This document shows, piece after piece, positions 29,615 to 41,034 of a stretch of 64,000 nt of DNA (its first letter is position 1; each line of letters starts with the position of its first letter). The translations under genes were made by a program, and so were the position numbers. Below the pieces are notes generated by a model. That model ran no database searches. It saw only the letters and a program-made list of their open reading frames with translations, and was not told the DNA's origin. Source of the stretch: an uncultured delta proteobacterium (GTDB lineage: Bacteria > Myxococcota_A > Polyangia > Fen-1088); assembly GCA_963737265.1 (NCBI GenBank), contig CAVTRY010000002.1:32001-96000 (forward strand). The letters are read 5' to 3'.

Positions 29615-30637
29615 CTAGCTTCCCGTCTGCGAGGTCTTCTTGATGAGGTCGATAATCCGATCGGTCTCGAAGGCGCTGGCGAAGGAGTTTTCGTGCTTAG
29701 GATCGCCCCGCAAGATTGCCGCGATGAAGGCTTCCAACTGCGCCGAGTACTCTTCGCCGCGCAGGTAGAAAGCGACGGGGGCCTGAAGATCGGTGATGTA
29801 GCGGACCGTCCATCCTGCGGGGTACGCCTCGAACTCCGCGCCGGCGCGGAGGTACACTTTGCACTCTTGCCGATCGGCGATGATCTTGCCGTTCGTTCCA
29901 GAGACGATGATCGTCGTGCTCATCTTCCGGTAGGTTTCGTCGCTCCAATTCGTCTCCAGAAGACCCGTGGCGCCGGACGGATACCGGAACAGGGCGTAAA
30001 CGGCGTCCTCTACGTCCTGGGAATAGATGCTTCGCAGCTGCGCGGCCAGCACCTGCTCGGGCGGGCCGACCACGAAGTTCATGAGGTCGACAACGTGCGA
30101 CGCATAGTCGTGAAGGCAACCGCCTCCTTCCGACTTCTTCGACCGCCACGTGCTTCCGGCCTTGGGGCGAGTCACAACGGGGCCGAAGGCCGTCCCGGAG
30201 ACATGGTAGATTTCCCCCAAGGCACCCGCTTTTACCAGTCGTTCGGTCTCGCGGAAGGTCCCAATGAAACGGTTGTGATAGCCGACCTGATTGGCGCACC
30301 CCTTCTCCTGCGCTATGTCCGCCAAGCGCCGACTGTCCTTCGGGTCGAGGCAGAGGGGCTTCTCCACAAATACGTGAAGCCCCCTCTCCATCGCGTAACT
30401 GGCGGCGTCAAAATGGGACGACGACGGCGTCGCCACGAATACGCAGTCGAGCTTGGCGGACTCGATCATCTTCCTGTAGTCCTTGAAAGCTTCGATCCCG
30501 GTATGCTTGCGTAACGCTGAGGTAACATATGTCGAGCTGTCGCATATCGCCGCCATCTGGACATCCGGGTGGGCACCCAGAATCGCATAGTGGGAAATTC
30601 CCATCTTCCCGACACCGATCAGTCCCGCTCGAATCAT
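29615..30637 (-). CDS. Gfo/Idh/MocA family oxidoreductase
   Basis: GVGKMG, HVFVEKP and GGGCLHDYASH motifs. Confidence 0.92.
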   Translation of the reverse strand: MIRAGLIGVGKMGISHYAILGAHPDVQMAAICDSSTYVTSALRKHTGIEAFKDYRKMIESAKLDCVFVATPSSSHFDAASYAMERGLHVFVEKPLCLDPKDSRRLADIAQEKGCANQVGYHNRFIGTFRETERLVKAGALGEIYHVSGTAFGPVVTRPKAGSTWRSKKSEGGGCLHDYASHVVDLMNFVVGPPEQVLAAQLRSIYSQDVEDAVYALFRYPSGATGLLETNWSDETYRKMSTTIIVSGTNGKIIADRQECKVYLRAGAEFEAYPAGWTVRYITDLQAPVAFYLRGEEYSAQLEAFIAAILRGDPKHENSFASAFETDRIIDLIKKTSQTGS

Positions 30638-30884
30638 GCTGAACCGTCCATAGATGCCGTTGACTCCTCGAGGATGGGGCTCACGATCGACAATCCCGGG
30701 ACCCTACACCGTCTGACAAACGCCTGACAAGGCTCTTGATGCTGGTGCTGGTACGTGCCGATCGTCCGACGTATCCGGTCGAGAGGGATGTGCATTTTGA
30801 TGAATAGACTGTATCATCGGTCTGGAAAGTACATCCCGCTCGGCTGATGGCCGATGCTCGTTCCCCTGTTGTCGGAGTGTCGCC

Positions 30885-31838
30885 TTGAATCGACGGTACG
30901 TCATCATCAGTCCGGCGCGAGACGAATTCGAGTTCGCACGCCGCACCCTCGACAGCGTGACCAGACAGACGGTGCCGCCGACCCTGTGGGTCATTGTCGA
31001 TGACGGATCGACTGACGGCACCTCCGGGCTACTCGCAGAGTACGCCGCTCGTTTTCCCTACATTCGCGTGCAACGACGACAAGATCGAGGAGTGCGGAGT
31101 GTTGGTCCGGGCGTCATCGAGGCGTTCTATGACGGCTTCAACGCGGTGGAGCAGCTCGACAGCTATGCCTATATCTGTAAGCTCAACCTCGACCTCGACC
31201 TGCCCCTGCGCTACTTCGAGTTGCTCATGGAGCGAATGGAGACGGAGCCCCGCCTGGGCACCTGCTCCGGCAAAGCGTACTTTCCGGGGCCGAGCAATCA
31301 CCTTAAGAATTGGGACGGCGAGCTGATCGGTGAACACTGCGGCGACGAAATGTCGGTCGGGATGACCAAGTTCTATCGGGTTGAGTGTTTCCAGGCCATC
31401 GGCGGGTTCGTCCGGCAGGTCATGTGGGATGGAATAGATTGCCATCGCTGTCGGATGCTTGGCTGGATCGCGCGTAGTTGGGACGATCCGGAGCTACGGT
31501 TCATTCACCTGCGACCGATGGGATCGAGCCATCAGGGCATAATCACGGGCCGCAAGCGCCACGGGTTCGGCCAGTACTTCATGGGAACGTCGTTGTGGTA
31601 CATGACGGCTAGCGCCGTCTTCCGGGCGGCACATTCCCCGTACGTGACTGGCGGCGCCGCGATGATGTGGGGCTATCTCGAGAGCATGATCAAGGGAAGG
31701 CCACGGCTCGAAGATCCAGAGTTCCGGGCGTTCCTGCGCCGCTATCAGCGGGACTGCCTGTTGCTGGGCAAGAAGCGCGCAACCGCCAGGTTGGACGCCC
31801 GTCAGGAGCCGCGCTGGCGACCGGGTCGGGCCGCGTAG
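30885..31838 (+). CDS. Glycosyltransferase family 2
   Basis: IISPARDE, VDDGSTD and LDLD motifs. Confidence 0.88.
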   Translation: MNRRYVIISPARDEFEFARRTLDSVTRQTVPPTLWVIVDDGSTDGTSGLLAEYAARFPYIRVQRRQDRGVRSVGPGVIEAFYDGFNAVEQLDSYAYICKLNLDLDLPLRYFELLMERMETEPRLGTCSGKAYFPGPSNHLKNWDGELIGEHCGDEMSVGMTKFYRVECFQAIGGFVRQVMWDGIDCHRCRMLGWIARSWDDPELRFIHLRPMGSSHQGIITGRKRHGFGQYFMGTSLWYMTASAVFRAAHSPYVTGGAAMMWGYLESMIKGRPRLEDPEFRAFLRRYQRDCLLLGKKRATARLDARQEPRWRPGRAA

Positions 31839-31900
31839 CCCATTAGCCGGATGGACGGACGTGCATCCACCGTGCGGGCGGTCACGCATCTGGCTCGCAG

Positions 31901-32323
31901 CTACTTGAGGCCCAGATGATCGAGGATGCGGGCAGCGTAGGTGTGCAGGTCGTCCAGGTGTTTGTCGGCTATTGCCAGCATGATGGCGGGATCGAGGGCC
32001 TGGTACTGATGGACGGCGATGTTGCGAAACCCGACCATGCGCCGCAGTCGACCGGCCAGCTCTTCGTCGATCACGCCGTGCTTGGCAAGTAATGTGAACC
32101 CTTCGGCCAGATCCATCGGGACGCCGTAGCGCTCGGACGAAACGACGTGCATCGCGAGGTCGATGGCGGCCTGGGCGGCCCGCTGCAGGTTGACGGCCAG
32201 CAGGTCGTCGATGTCGATGGGCAGCAGGTAGGGCTGGCGGGCTGGGCTGCGGATCTCGGCAATGCGCGCCCGACACCTTTCCATGGTGGCGACCTTGGCC
32301 AGCACCACACCAGCGTCGGTCAT
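31901..32323 (-). CDS. hepT: HepT-like HEPN RNase toxin (DUF86)
   Basis: GFRNIAVHQY = RX4HXY motif; ATG 32323 overlaps the antitoxin. Confidence 0.9.
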   Translation of the reverse strand: MTDAGVVLAKVATMERCRARIAEIRSPARQPYLLPIDIDDLLAVNLQRAAQAAIDLAMHVVSSERYGVPMDLAEGFTLLAKHGVIDEELAGRLRRMVGFRNIAVHQYQALDPAIMLAIADKHLDDLHTYAARILDHLGLK

Positions 32324-32715
32324 GAACCACCTCGACCAGGGCGCGCTCGGCCGCCGCACGGGAAATCTTCAAATCCACGTAGCGCGAGGGCAGCAGCATG
32401 GCGAACATGTGCCGGTCCGTCGGATCTCGGTCGAGCAACAGCTGTCCGCCGCGCAGCACCTGGCGCCCCACGATGGGCGAGGCTCGAACGGAGGTCGACC
32501 AAGTCGACGTCCCGACCCAGCACCGCGCAGAGCTCGAGGCGAGCCGCAAGCACCGCCGCGGTGGGCACCGGCGCGGAAAACAGCGCCGCGAGATCGACGT
32601 CCGAATCGTCCCGCGCCTCGCCTCGCGCTTGCGAGCCAAACAGCCACAGCGCCGAAAGCGGAAACCGACCCTCGAGCAGAGACGCTGCGGCGGCAAGCGC
32701 TTCATGAGTGACCAA
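32320..32715 (-). CDS. mntA: MntA-like minimal nucleotidyltransferase antitoxin, apparent frameshift near 32487
   Basis: FGSQARGEARDDSDVD (GSX10DXD) and DVDLVDL; the family-like tail ASPIVGRQVLRGG is in another frame. Confidence 0.82.
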   Translation of the reverse strand: MVTHEALAAAASLLEGRFPLSALWLFGSQARGEARDDSDVDLAALFSAPVPTAAVLAARLELCAVLGRDVDLVDLRSSLAHRGAPGAARRTAVARPRSDGPAHVRHAAALALRGFEDFPCGGRARPGRGGS

Positions 32716-32760
32716 GGTGAAGCTTAGGCTAGCACGGCGGAGCCTTGGCGGCGTGATCGC

Positions 32761-33525
32761 CTACTGCCGAACCGGAACGCTGCGGGCGCGCAGGTAGTCG
32801 CGCGCTTGGCCAATGGTGAATTCGCCGAAGTGAAAAATCGAGGCGGCCAGCACGGCGTCGGCGCCGCCGGCGACCACGCCTTGGTAGAGGTGTTCGAGGT
32901 TGCCCACGCCGCCCGAGGCGATGACGGGGACGGGCACGCGGTCGGCGACGGCGCGGGTGAGCTCGAGGTCGAAGCCGTCGCGGGTGCCATCACGGTCCAT
33001 GCTGGTGAGCAAGATTTCGCCCGCGCCGAGCTCGGCCATGCGCACGCACCAAGCAACGGCGTCGAGACCGGTGCCCTTGCGGCCACCGTGGGTGAAGACC
33101 TCCCATTCGCCCGGCCGGTCCACGCGCCGGCGCGCATCCACGGCCACCACGAAGGCCTGGCTGCCGAAGGCATCGGCGACGCGCCGGACGAGCTCGGGGT
33201 CGTGAACCGCCGCCGTGTTGATGCCGACCTTGTCGGCGCCGGCGCGCAAAAGCGTGCGCACGTCTTCCACGCTGCGCACGCCACCACCCACGGTAAGCGG
33301 CAGGAAGACCTTCTCGGCGGTCATGCGCACGACATCGATCATGGTGGCGCGTCCGTCCGACGAGGCGGTGATGTCGAGAAAGCAAATCTCGTCGGCGCCC
33401 TGGCGGTCGTATTCGGCGGCGACCTCGACCGGATCGCCGGCATCGCGCAGTTCCACGAAACGCACGCCCTTCTTCACGCGGCCGGCGTCGACGTCCAAGC
33501 AGGGGATGATTCTGCGCGCGAGCAT
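32761..33525 (-). CDS. hisF: Imidazole glycerol phosphate synthase cyclase subunit
   Basis: [17 protein letters not shown] and LAASIFH motifs. Confidence 0.97.
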   Translation of the reverse strand: MLARRIIPCLDVDAGRVKKGVRFVELRDAGDPVEVAAEYDRQGADEICFLDITASSDGRATMIDVVRMTAEKVFLPLTVGGGVRSVEDVRTLLRAGADKVGINTAAVHDPELVRRVADAFGSQAFVVAVDARRRVDRPGEWEVFTHGGRKGTGLDAVAWCVRMAELGAGEILLTSMDRDGTRDGFDLELTRAVADRVPVPVIASGGVGNLEHLYQGVVAGGADAVLAASIFHFGEFTIGQARDYLRARSVPVRQ

Positions 33526-33528
33526 GAG

Positions 33529-34275
33529 CTACTTTCGCTTCTCGCTTCGCCTCTCGGCCGCGGCCGCGAGCGCCTCTTCGATGGTGAACGCGCCTTCGTA
33601 GAGCGCCTTGCCGATAACCACCGAGGCCGCACCGGTGGCACGCACCTGATGGATATCTTCGAGTTTCGACATTCCGCCCGAGGCGATGACGGCGCAGGGT
33701 CGGATTCTGTCGGCCAATCGAGCCGTCGCTTCCAGGTTGGGTCCCGTACGCATGCCGTCGCGTCCAATGTCGGTGTACAGCACCGCCTCGGCGCCGCCAG
33801 CGGCGACCTGATGTCCGATCTCCAGCGCATCGGCGCTGGTGTCCTCCTTCCAGCCTTCGACGGCCACCTTGCCCGCACGCGCATCCACCGCGACGACGAT
33901 GCGTTTGGGGTAGCGTTGGCAGGCTTCCCTGACAACGGCGGGCGTCTTGATGGCCGCGGTGCCGAAAACCGCGTAGCGCGCACCCAAGGCGAAGATTCGC
34001 GCGCATGCTTCGAGGGTACGGATGCCGCCACCGATTTCCACTTCCATCTTGCCGGCGGCGGCGAGGATTTTCTTGATGACGGCGTGGTTGTGCTTGGCAC
34101 CGCCCGACAGGGCAGCGTCCAGATCCACAACGTGCAAGCGCGCCGCGCCTGCGGCGGCAAACCGGCGCGCCAGCTCCCAAGGCGCATGCGAATAGATCTT
34201 GGCGCTTTCGGGCCGGCCCTGTTCTAGCCGGACCGCCTTGCCGTCAAGAAGATCGATAGCGGGAAAGACCTGCAT
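33529..34275 (-). CDS. hisA: ProFAR isomerase
   Basis: [21 protein letters not shown] and TDIGRDG motifs; ATG at 34275. Confidence 0.96.
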   Translation of the reverse strand: MQVFPAIDLLDGKAVRLEQGRPESAKIYSHAPWELARRFAAAGAARLHVVDLDAALSGGAKHNHAVIKKILAAAGKMEVEIGGGIRTLEACARIFALGARYAVFGTAAIKTPAVVREACQRYPKRIVVAVDARAGKVAVEGWKEDTSADALEIGHQVAAGGAEAVLYTDIGRDGMRTGPNLEATARLADRIRPCAVIASGGMSKLEDIHQVRATGAASVVIGKALYEGAFTIEEALAAAAERRSEKRK

Positions 34276-34286
34276 GCAGTTTTCCT

Positions 34287-34916
34287 CTACGTGGAAACGA
34301 AACGTGAGAGCAGCGCCAGTCCAGCACGCTGGCTTTTTTCGGGGTGGAACTGGGAGGCAAAGATGTTGTCGCGAGCAACCGCGGCACAAAACTCGACGCC
34401 GTGGTCCGAAACCAGGGCCACGTCGCGAGGGTCGGCAGGCACCGGGTAGTAGCTGTGTACGAAGTAGAAGTAGGTCGCATCCGTGGTGTCCGCTAGCACC
34501 GGCGACGTGGGCGCCGCCGGCCGTCGACATGCGTTCCAGCCCATGTGCGGAACCTTGAGCGGCGGCGCGATGGCGAACTTCACCACCTTGCCGGGAAGAA
34601 GGCCAAGGCCGGCGCAACCCGGGTCTTCCTCGCTGTGGGCGAACAAGACTTGCAGCCCCAAACAGATCCCGAGATAGGGCTTGCCGGCGCGAACCGCCGC
34701 CACCACCACGTCCCGCAGGGCGCCACCCTCGCGCATGAGCCCGGCCATGCATCCGCCAAAGGCGCCTTGGCCCGGCACGACAACCTTGTCCGCGGACGCT
34801 ACCTTGTCGGCGTCATGGGTCACGAAGGCGTCGGCTCCGGCGCAGAGCAGGGCCTTTTCGACGCTGCGCAAATTTCCACTGCCGGTGTCGACAATTGCAA
34901 TGCTGGGTTTTCCCAT
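34287..34916 (-). CDS. hisH: IGP synthase glutaminase subunit
   Basis: PGQG, GICLG, PHMGWN, FVHSY and QFHPEKS motifs. Confidence 0.96.
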   Translation of the reverse strand: MGKPSIAIVDTGSGNLRSVEKALLCAGADAFVTHDADKVASADKVVVPGQGAFGGCMAGLMREGGALRDVVVAAVRAGKPYLGICLGLQVLFAHSEEDPGCAGLGLLPGKVVKFAIAPPLKVPHMGWNACRRPAAPTSPVLADTTDATYFYFVHSYYPVPADPRDVALVSDHGVEFCAAVARDNIFASQFHPEKSQRAGLALLSRFVST

Positions 34917-34940
34917 GTGCGAAGTCAACGAACGGCCGGG

Positions 34941-35540
34941 TCAGGCCGTCAACGTTCCTTTGGTGGAAGGCACGCTAGCTTCGCGCGGATCGACGGTGAT
35001 TGCACCACGCAAAGCACGAGCAAATGCCTTGAACAATGCTTCTAGTATGTGGTGGGCGTTTTCGCCGTACGCGACTTGCAGGTGCAAATTGCACAGCGCT
35101 GTCGACGTGAATCCGGCGAAAAACTCGCGTGCCAGCTCGGCGTCGAAGCTGCCGACCTTTCGACCCTTGAGCGCGTCGGCCTGGTAGACGAAGGCGGCGC
35201 GTCCGCCAAGGTCGACCGCTGCCCGCACCAGTGCCTCGTCCATGGGAATGGCGGCGTCGCCATAGCGGCTGATGCCGCGCCGATCGCCGAGCGCCTGGCG
35301 AACCGCCTGGCCGAGGCAAATGCCCGCATCCTCGACGGTGTGGTGACCGTCCACCTGGACATCGCCGCGCGCATCGATCTTCAAATCGATGAGGCTGTGC
35401 CGGCCGAACGCGTCCAGCATGTGCCCGAAGAAGGGCAGCGGCGTGGCGATCTCGCACTTGCCGCTGCCGTCGAGGTCGACCGCGACCTTGATCTGGGTTT
35501 CCTTGGTGATTCGTTCGATTTCCGCCCGGCGCATGGGCAT
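34941..35540 (-). CDS. hisB: Imidazoleglycerol-phosphate dehydratase
   Basis: DGHHTVED, NAHH and PSTKG motifs. Confidence 0.97.
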   Translation of the reverse strand: MPMRRAEIERITKETQIKVAVDLDGSGKCEIATPLPFFGHMLDAFGRHSLIDLKIDARGDVQVDGHHTVEDAGICLGQAVRQALGDRRGISRYGDAAIPMDEALVRAAVDLGGRAAFVYQADALKGRKVGSFDAELAREFFAGFTSTALCNLHLQVAYGENAHHILEALFKAFARALRGAITVDPREASVPSTKGTLTA

Positions 35541-35627
35541 CCACTATGACGGTCGGCGCGGACGAAATCAAACTCGCATGGCGACTCTGTGTGGAGGAAT
35601 CCCCAGATTGGCCTTAGTCTTGGAGAC

Positions 35628-36383
35628 GTGCACGTCGTGCTGAAAGTCCTGGTCGTTGCCGGATTGGTCGGGTGCCAGGTTTTGACCAGTGGTACGCCGA
35701 GTGAAGGCGTGGTCGCCGCGACGCTCGACGCATCCGTCGCGGACCATGCGGATGGTGCGACCTCGGCGGCGGACGCGGAACAGGCAAACGATGTCGGTGA
35801 AACACCCGGCGTTGCGGGTCCGGCCGACGTGGTCGGCTGCTCCGATGGCACCCGCGAGGGCTTCCGCGACTTCGCCACCTGGCGAACCATCGCCGGGTGC
35901 GCGGGTGGATGGGATCAGCCGGGCGTGATCGGCTCGCCAGAACTATCTCCGGTTTGCGGCCTCAACGCGGGCGACAGCAGTCCCAACCCAAACGGCAAGG
36001 GCTGTAACGCGGCGGATCTTTGCGCCAAGCACTGGCATCTTTGTCTGGACGGCTACGATGTGTCCCAGCATTCACCTTCCGGCGATTGCGAAAGCTGCGT
36101 ACCTGCGAACGAGCGCCGCTTCTTTCTCGTGGGGTCGGGTGCCTCGCCCATGGGAATATGCTCCCCCGATCCCTCGGCGACCAATGACCTGCACGGCTGC
36201 GGAGGCTTAGGGGAGCCTGAAACGGAGGCCTGCTATCCCTTGTTTCGCCGCATGGGTTTCGCCGATTGTCTCGCCACCCGCGGGGTTTGGTCATGCGGGG
36301 ACGAAGCCGACTCCTTGCAAGAGGCGCTGAAGGTCACCAAGACGGGCCCGACCATGGGTGGCGTGCTGTGCTGCCAGGACTGA
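35628..36383 (+). CDS. Cys-rich putative lipoprotein
   Basis: LVGC lipobox; GCSDGTREGF...GGVLCC domain; 16 Cys; start uncertain. Confidence 0.65.
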   Translation: MHVVLKVLVVAGLVGCQVLTSGTPSEGVVAATLDASVADHADGATSAADAEQANDVGETPGVAGPADVVGCSDGTREGFRDFATWRTIAGCAGGWDQPGVIGSPELSPVCGLNAGDSSPNPNGKGCNAADLCAKHWHLCLDGYDVSQHSPSGDCESCVPANERRFFLVGSGASPMGICSPDPSATNDLHGCGGLGEPETEACYPLFRRMGFADCLATRGVWSCGDEADSLQEALKVTKTGPTMGGVLCCQD

Positions 36384-36470
36384 CGACGTTGACGACGTTA
36401 TCGACGATATTCTCATTGTGGCGATTTGAGCTATGCTTCGAGCCATCGCTCGTCGGCGAGGTAGGTAGCT

Positions 36471-37013
36471 ATGTCCGAGCTCAGCAAATATGTCCCTGCG
36501 GCTACTGTTCTCGTTGCGCTGATTTGGGGCGGTGCCTGCAGTCTCAACGACGGCGGCCTGGGTCTGGCCCCGGACAGTCGTGCGGCGGGCGGCGCGGGCG
36601 GCACGGCGATCTGTCCCGCCGGGGTCATCGACCAGGCAGGTTGGCCCGCCGGAACGACCTACACGTCCTGCACCCAGACCTGCGGCCCGGACGGCATCGG
36701 CACCAAGACCTGCGGCCAAACTAACTTGGCGACCTGTCAGGCAGCCGGTGGCTGTGTTTGCTCCACCTTGTCCACGACCACCCCCACCTGCGTAACCTGC
36801 GCGGTGTGCGTCTTGCCATCCACGTCCGCCTGCTACCTGCCCAGCAACGCGGCGTCTCCATCGAGCTGCGCGACTTCGGTCGCGAAGGGCGGCGCGTGCA
36901 GCCCTGCCTGTGGCAAACAGCTGTGCATCCAGGCCGACGGTAAGACCGGCTGCGTGTGCAATGCCGAAAAGAAATACGCCTGCGCCTCCTGGAGCGGTAC
37001 GTCCTGGAAGTAG
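36471..37013 (+). CDS. Small Cys-rich putative lipoprotein
   Basis: GGAC lipobox; 19 Cys in 180 aa; SD GAGGT. Confidence 0.7.
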   Translation: MSELSKYVPAATVLVALIWGGACSLNDGGLGLAPDSRAAGGAGGTAICPAGVIDQAGWPAGTTYTSCTQTCGPDGIGTKTCGQTNLATCQAAGGCVCSTLSTTTPTCVTCAVCVLPSTSACYLPSNAASPSSCATSVAKGGACSPACGKQLCIQADGKTGCVCNAEKKYACASWSGTSWK

Positions 37014-37120
37014 CGAATTCCCTTGTTGTCCGGTCGCGGAACAAGGACGGAATTCTGCATTGACGGAACGATTGAGTGCTGAGAAACTCCGCCCGCCCGT
37101 GAACCCAGGGAGATAATTGC

Positions 37121-38347
<1,227 letters not shown>

Positions 38348-38378
38348 ACCAAAGCGTAGACAGAGCATTCACAAAAAC

Positions 38379-38404
38379 GAGCCGCAGTCGAAAGACCGCG
38401 GCTC
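38379..38404. terminator. Intrinsic terminator hairpin between convergent genes
   Basis: GAGCCGCAGTC-GAAA-GACCGCGGCTC; T-tract follows on the minus strand. Confidence 0.65.
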
Positions 38405-38482
38405 TCTTCATTTGGGACCTTGGCGGCTCTTGCAAGCCTGGGTGGCCCGGCGATCCCGGGCCAGCCCATTCATCCGCAGACG

Positions 38483-39094
38483 CTAGTCGAGACTGCCGTC
38501 GATTTCGCTGTCGATCTTCGACGCGTCCAGCTCCATTGCGTCGATCACCGCGACGTCGAGATCCGCAACATCGAGAACTCCCGTGTCCAGAACAGGTGTG
38601 GAACCATCCACGCCGACGGCCCCATCGATGTGGCCGCCATCGAGTGCGGGAGTCGTCGACCCGCCGTCCACACCCTTACCGTCCTCGGGCGTATCGCCCG
38701 ATGCGTCGGGAGCAATCGAGACGTCCGATGCATCGGACAGGGCACCACCACTTCCGTCAACTGGCGAGGAGTCGGTTACGCCACCATCCTTACTGCCAGT
38801 CGAACCACCGGTGCTGGCTGAACCACCCGCGCCCGTCGTGCCGCCGGCAACCGTTACGCCACCCGTGCCGACCATGCCGCCGGTGCCGACCACGCCACCC
38901 GTCCCCGCTTTGCCGCCCGTGCCCACCGCGCCGCCGGTGCCAATCGCACCGCCAGTTGCCACGGTCCCGTCCCTCTTGCCATCCACCGCGCTATCGCTGG
39001 TGCTACCACCGCCGCTGCTTCCGCAGCCGGGTGCGAACAGACCAAACGTCACCAGCACTCCCATGCCAAAAACGAGAATCGCGTTCCGCTTCAT
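38483..39094 (-). CDS. Low-complexity Gly/Thr/Asp-rich putative lipoprotein
   Basis: MKRN..APGC lipobox; GGxxGT hexapeptide repeats; acidic tail; SD GGAGAGG. Confidence 0.65.
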   Translation of the reverse strand: MKRNAILVFGMGVLVTFGLFAPGCGSSGGGSTSDSAVDGKRDGTVATGGAIGTGGAVGTGGKAGTGGVVGTGGMVGTGGVTVAGGTTGAGGSASTGGSTGSKDGGVTDSSPVDGSGGALSDASDVSIAPDASGDTPEDGKGVDGGSTTPALDGGHIDGAVGVDGSTPVLDTGVLDVADLDVAVIDAMELDASKIDSEIDGSLD

Positions 39095-39228
39095 TAGTCC
39101 TCTCCTATGGATGAAAGCCAAGGGCATCCTAAGCGCCCCCAAAAAATATGCAAACCCTCTGAATCACAGTTAGTAACCCTCATAGCATCCTTCACTGCCA
39201 TATCGCAACCCCAAAGAAGAGTCTTGCG

Positions 39229-41034
39229 TCACAGGCTGTCATCGGAGCGCACATCTCGTGCTCGGTCTTTCACTTCGTCCGGCATGGCTCCCTCGAGTTC
39301 TCCCAATTCGTCGCCGGTTTCGAGATCGGTACCAGGAACGCTGTCCTCGCCGGGAGGTGCGTCCACCACCGTGCGGCGGGCGAAACGCATCATCGCGTTC
39401 ACGGCTCCGACTTGGGCAGCCCGCACGCTGGTCACGGCGCGCTTGCGGTGACCTTCGACGAGAATCGAGAATACGAGCACATCCGATCCGTCGCCGACAT
39501 ATCCGGAAAGGCATGACACACCGGTCAACGTTCCAGTCTTGGCGCGCACGCGATGAGCAGCCGAGGAACCGCGAAAGCGGTTTCTGGTCGTGCCGTCGAC
39601 GCCACCCACGGAAAGCGACTGCAACATTTCGGGACCGACGCGCGGATCGAAGTAGAGGCGCCGCAAGAGCTCGGCCATGCCCGCCGGAGTCACTCGATTC
39701 CGATGGCCCAAACCAGATCCGTTCGTCGAGACGAAGGCCGTGGCCGGGATGCCGAGATCGGCGAGCGCTTCGCGCAGGACGCGCACGCCCTTGGCCGTCG
39801 TCGGTACGCCGCCGTAGACCTCGGCGCCGACGGTTTCGAGGACACGTTCGGCCCACTCGTTGTCCGAGTCCTTGTTTACGCGGCGAAGAAGAATCGGCAG
39901 CGATTCGGACTCGTGCAGGGTGAGAAGCTCGGGTGGCGACGACATTTCTCCAGCGCCGAGCTGGGACGGACTGTCGCTGACAGGCGGCCCTAGTGCGACC
40001 ATTGCGCCATCGAGCGACAGGTGGCCGGCGACGCGCGCGCGGCCGTCGCCGGTGTAGATGCCGGCACTGCCGCGCACGTCGATACCGGCTTGAACGAGCG
40101 CGTGACGAAGAAGAATCGCAACGTACAGCGGATCGCTCGGCGTGGCCCGGTGGATGACGACCTCGCCGCGTGCAACCGCGATCTTGCCACCCACGACGAT
40201 GCGGATTCGGTTGCCCGCGCGTTCGAGAGAAACGTCGAGGTGGCCCTTGCCCTTGACGCGCGTCTCCGCTTGGTTGACGACCACAAAGGCATCGGACGCG
40301 GGTCGAACCGAGACCACGGGCCGGCCGCCGACTCGGTCGCCGGGCCGAACGTGCACCTCGATCGCGGTCGAACCCACGCGCAGCGGAGAGCGGCCACCTG
40401 GCCCACTTTCGTCGGAGCCGAGGCGGCGTGGATCGCCGAGGATTCCACCCGTCACTGCGGTCACTCCCTGCGCCACCAAGGAGTCCGCCATGGCATCGAG
40501 GTGGCGCGGGCGCAACGAAGGATCGCCGCTACCGCGAATCACCAAATCGCCGCGAACTCTGCCGTCGCCATCCGGGTGCGCACCGGTGATCTCCGTGCGA
40601 TAGCGGAATGTGCTACCCAAACGCAAGAGCGCCGCCGTCGTGGCAAGAACCTTTTGGTTGGACGCGGGATCCATCAAGACCGAGCCACGCCGGCTGTAGA
40701 GAAGCCTGCCGCTGGCCAAATCCTCGACGCGCATGCCGACCCGCAGTCGACCGAACACCTTGCCGTGGACGATAGCGTCGAGCGCTTCCTGCAGACGCAG
40801 GATGCGATCGCGCTCGGGATCGCTGGCGTCGGGCTTGGGCGCTTCGTTGGCAATCACGACCGGCAAAGTCTCGCGCGTCGTCGCCGGAGGCTTGCAGGCC
40901 GGCTTCTTCGTCGTCGCCGCAGTCTTGCTGGCCGTGACCCTTGTCTTGGCCGGAATCTTCGCGGCCTTGGCCGGACCGGCCCAAGCGGGCAGCGCGAACA
41001 AGAGGGCCAACAGGAACGCCACGACTTGCTTCAT
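39229..41034 (-). CDS. dacB: D-Ala-D-Ala carboxypeptidase/endopeptidase (PBP4, S13)
   Basis: PASNQK, SDN, NGSGL and AKTGTL motifs; signal peptide from ATG 41034. Confidence 0.92.
   Translation of the reverse strand: MKQVVAFLLALLFALPAWAGPAKAAKIPAKTRVTASKTAATTKKPACKPPATTRETLPVVIANEAPKPDASDPERDRILRLQEALDAIVHGKVFGRLRVGMRVEDLASGRLLYSRRGSVLMDPASNQKVLATTAALLRLGSTFRYRTEITGAHPDGDGRVRGDLVIRGSGDPSLRPRHLDAMADSLVAQGVTAVTGGILGDPRRLGSDESGPGGRSPLRVGSTAIEVHVRPGDRVGGRPVVSVRPASDAFVVVNQAETRVKGKGHLDVSLERAGNRIRIVVGGKIAVARGEVVIHRATPSDPLYVAILLRHALVQAGIDVRGSAGIYTGDGRARVAGHLSLDGAMVALGPPVSDSPSQLGAGEMSSPPELLTLHESESLPILLRRVNKDSDNEWAERVLETVGAEVYGGVPTTAKGVRVLREALADLGIPATAFVSTNGSGLGHRNRVTPAGMAELLRRLYFDPRVGPEMLQSLSVGGVDGTTRNRFRGSSAAHRVRAKTGTLTGVSCLSGYVGDGSDVLVFSILVEGHRKRAVTSVRAAQVGAVNAMMRFARRTVVDAPPGEDSVPGTDLETGDELGELEGAMPDEVKDRARDVRSDDSL

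Noticed and set aside
37014-37120. SAM riboswitch upstream of metK
   Set aside because: Only ~105 bp, containing a hairpin and a TTGACG-17-GAAACT promoter-like element; no SAM-I/II consensus seen.
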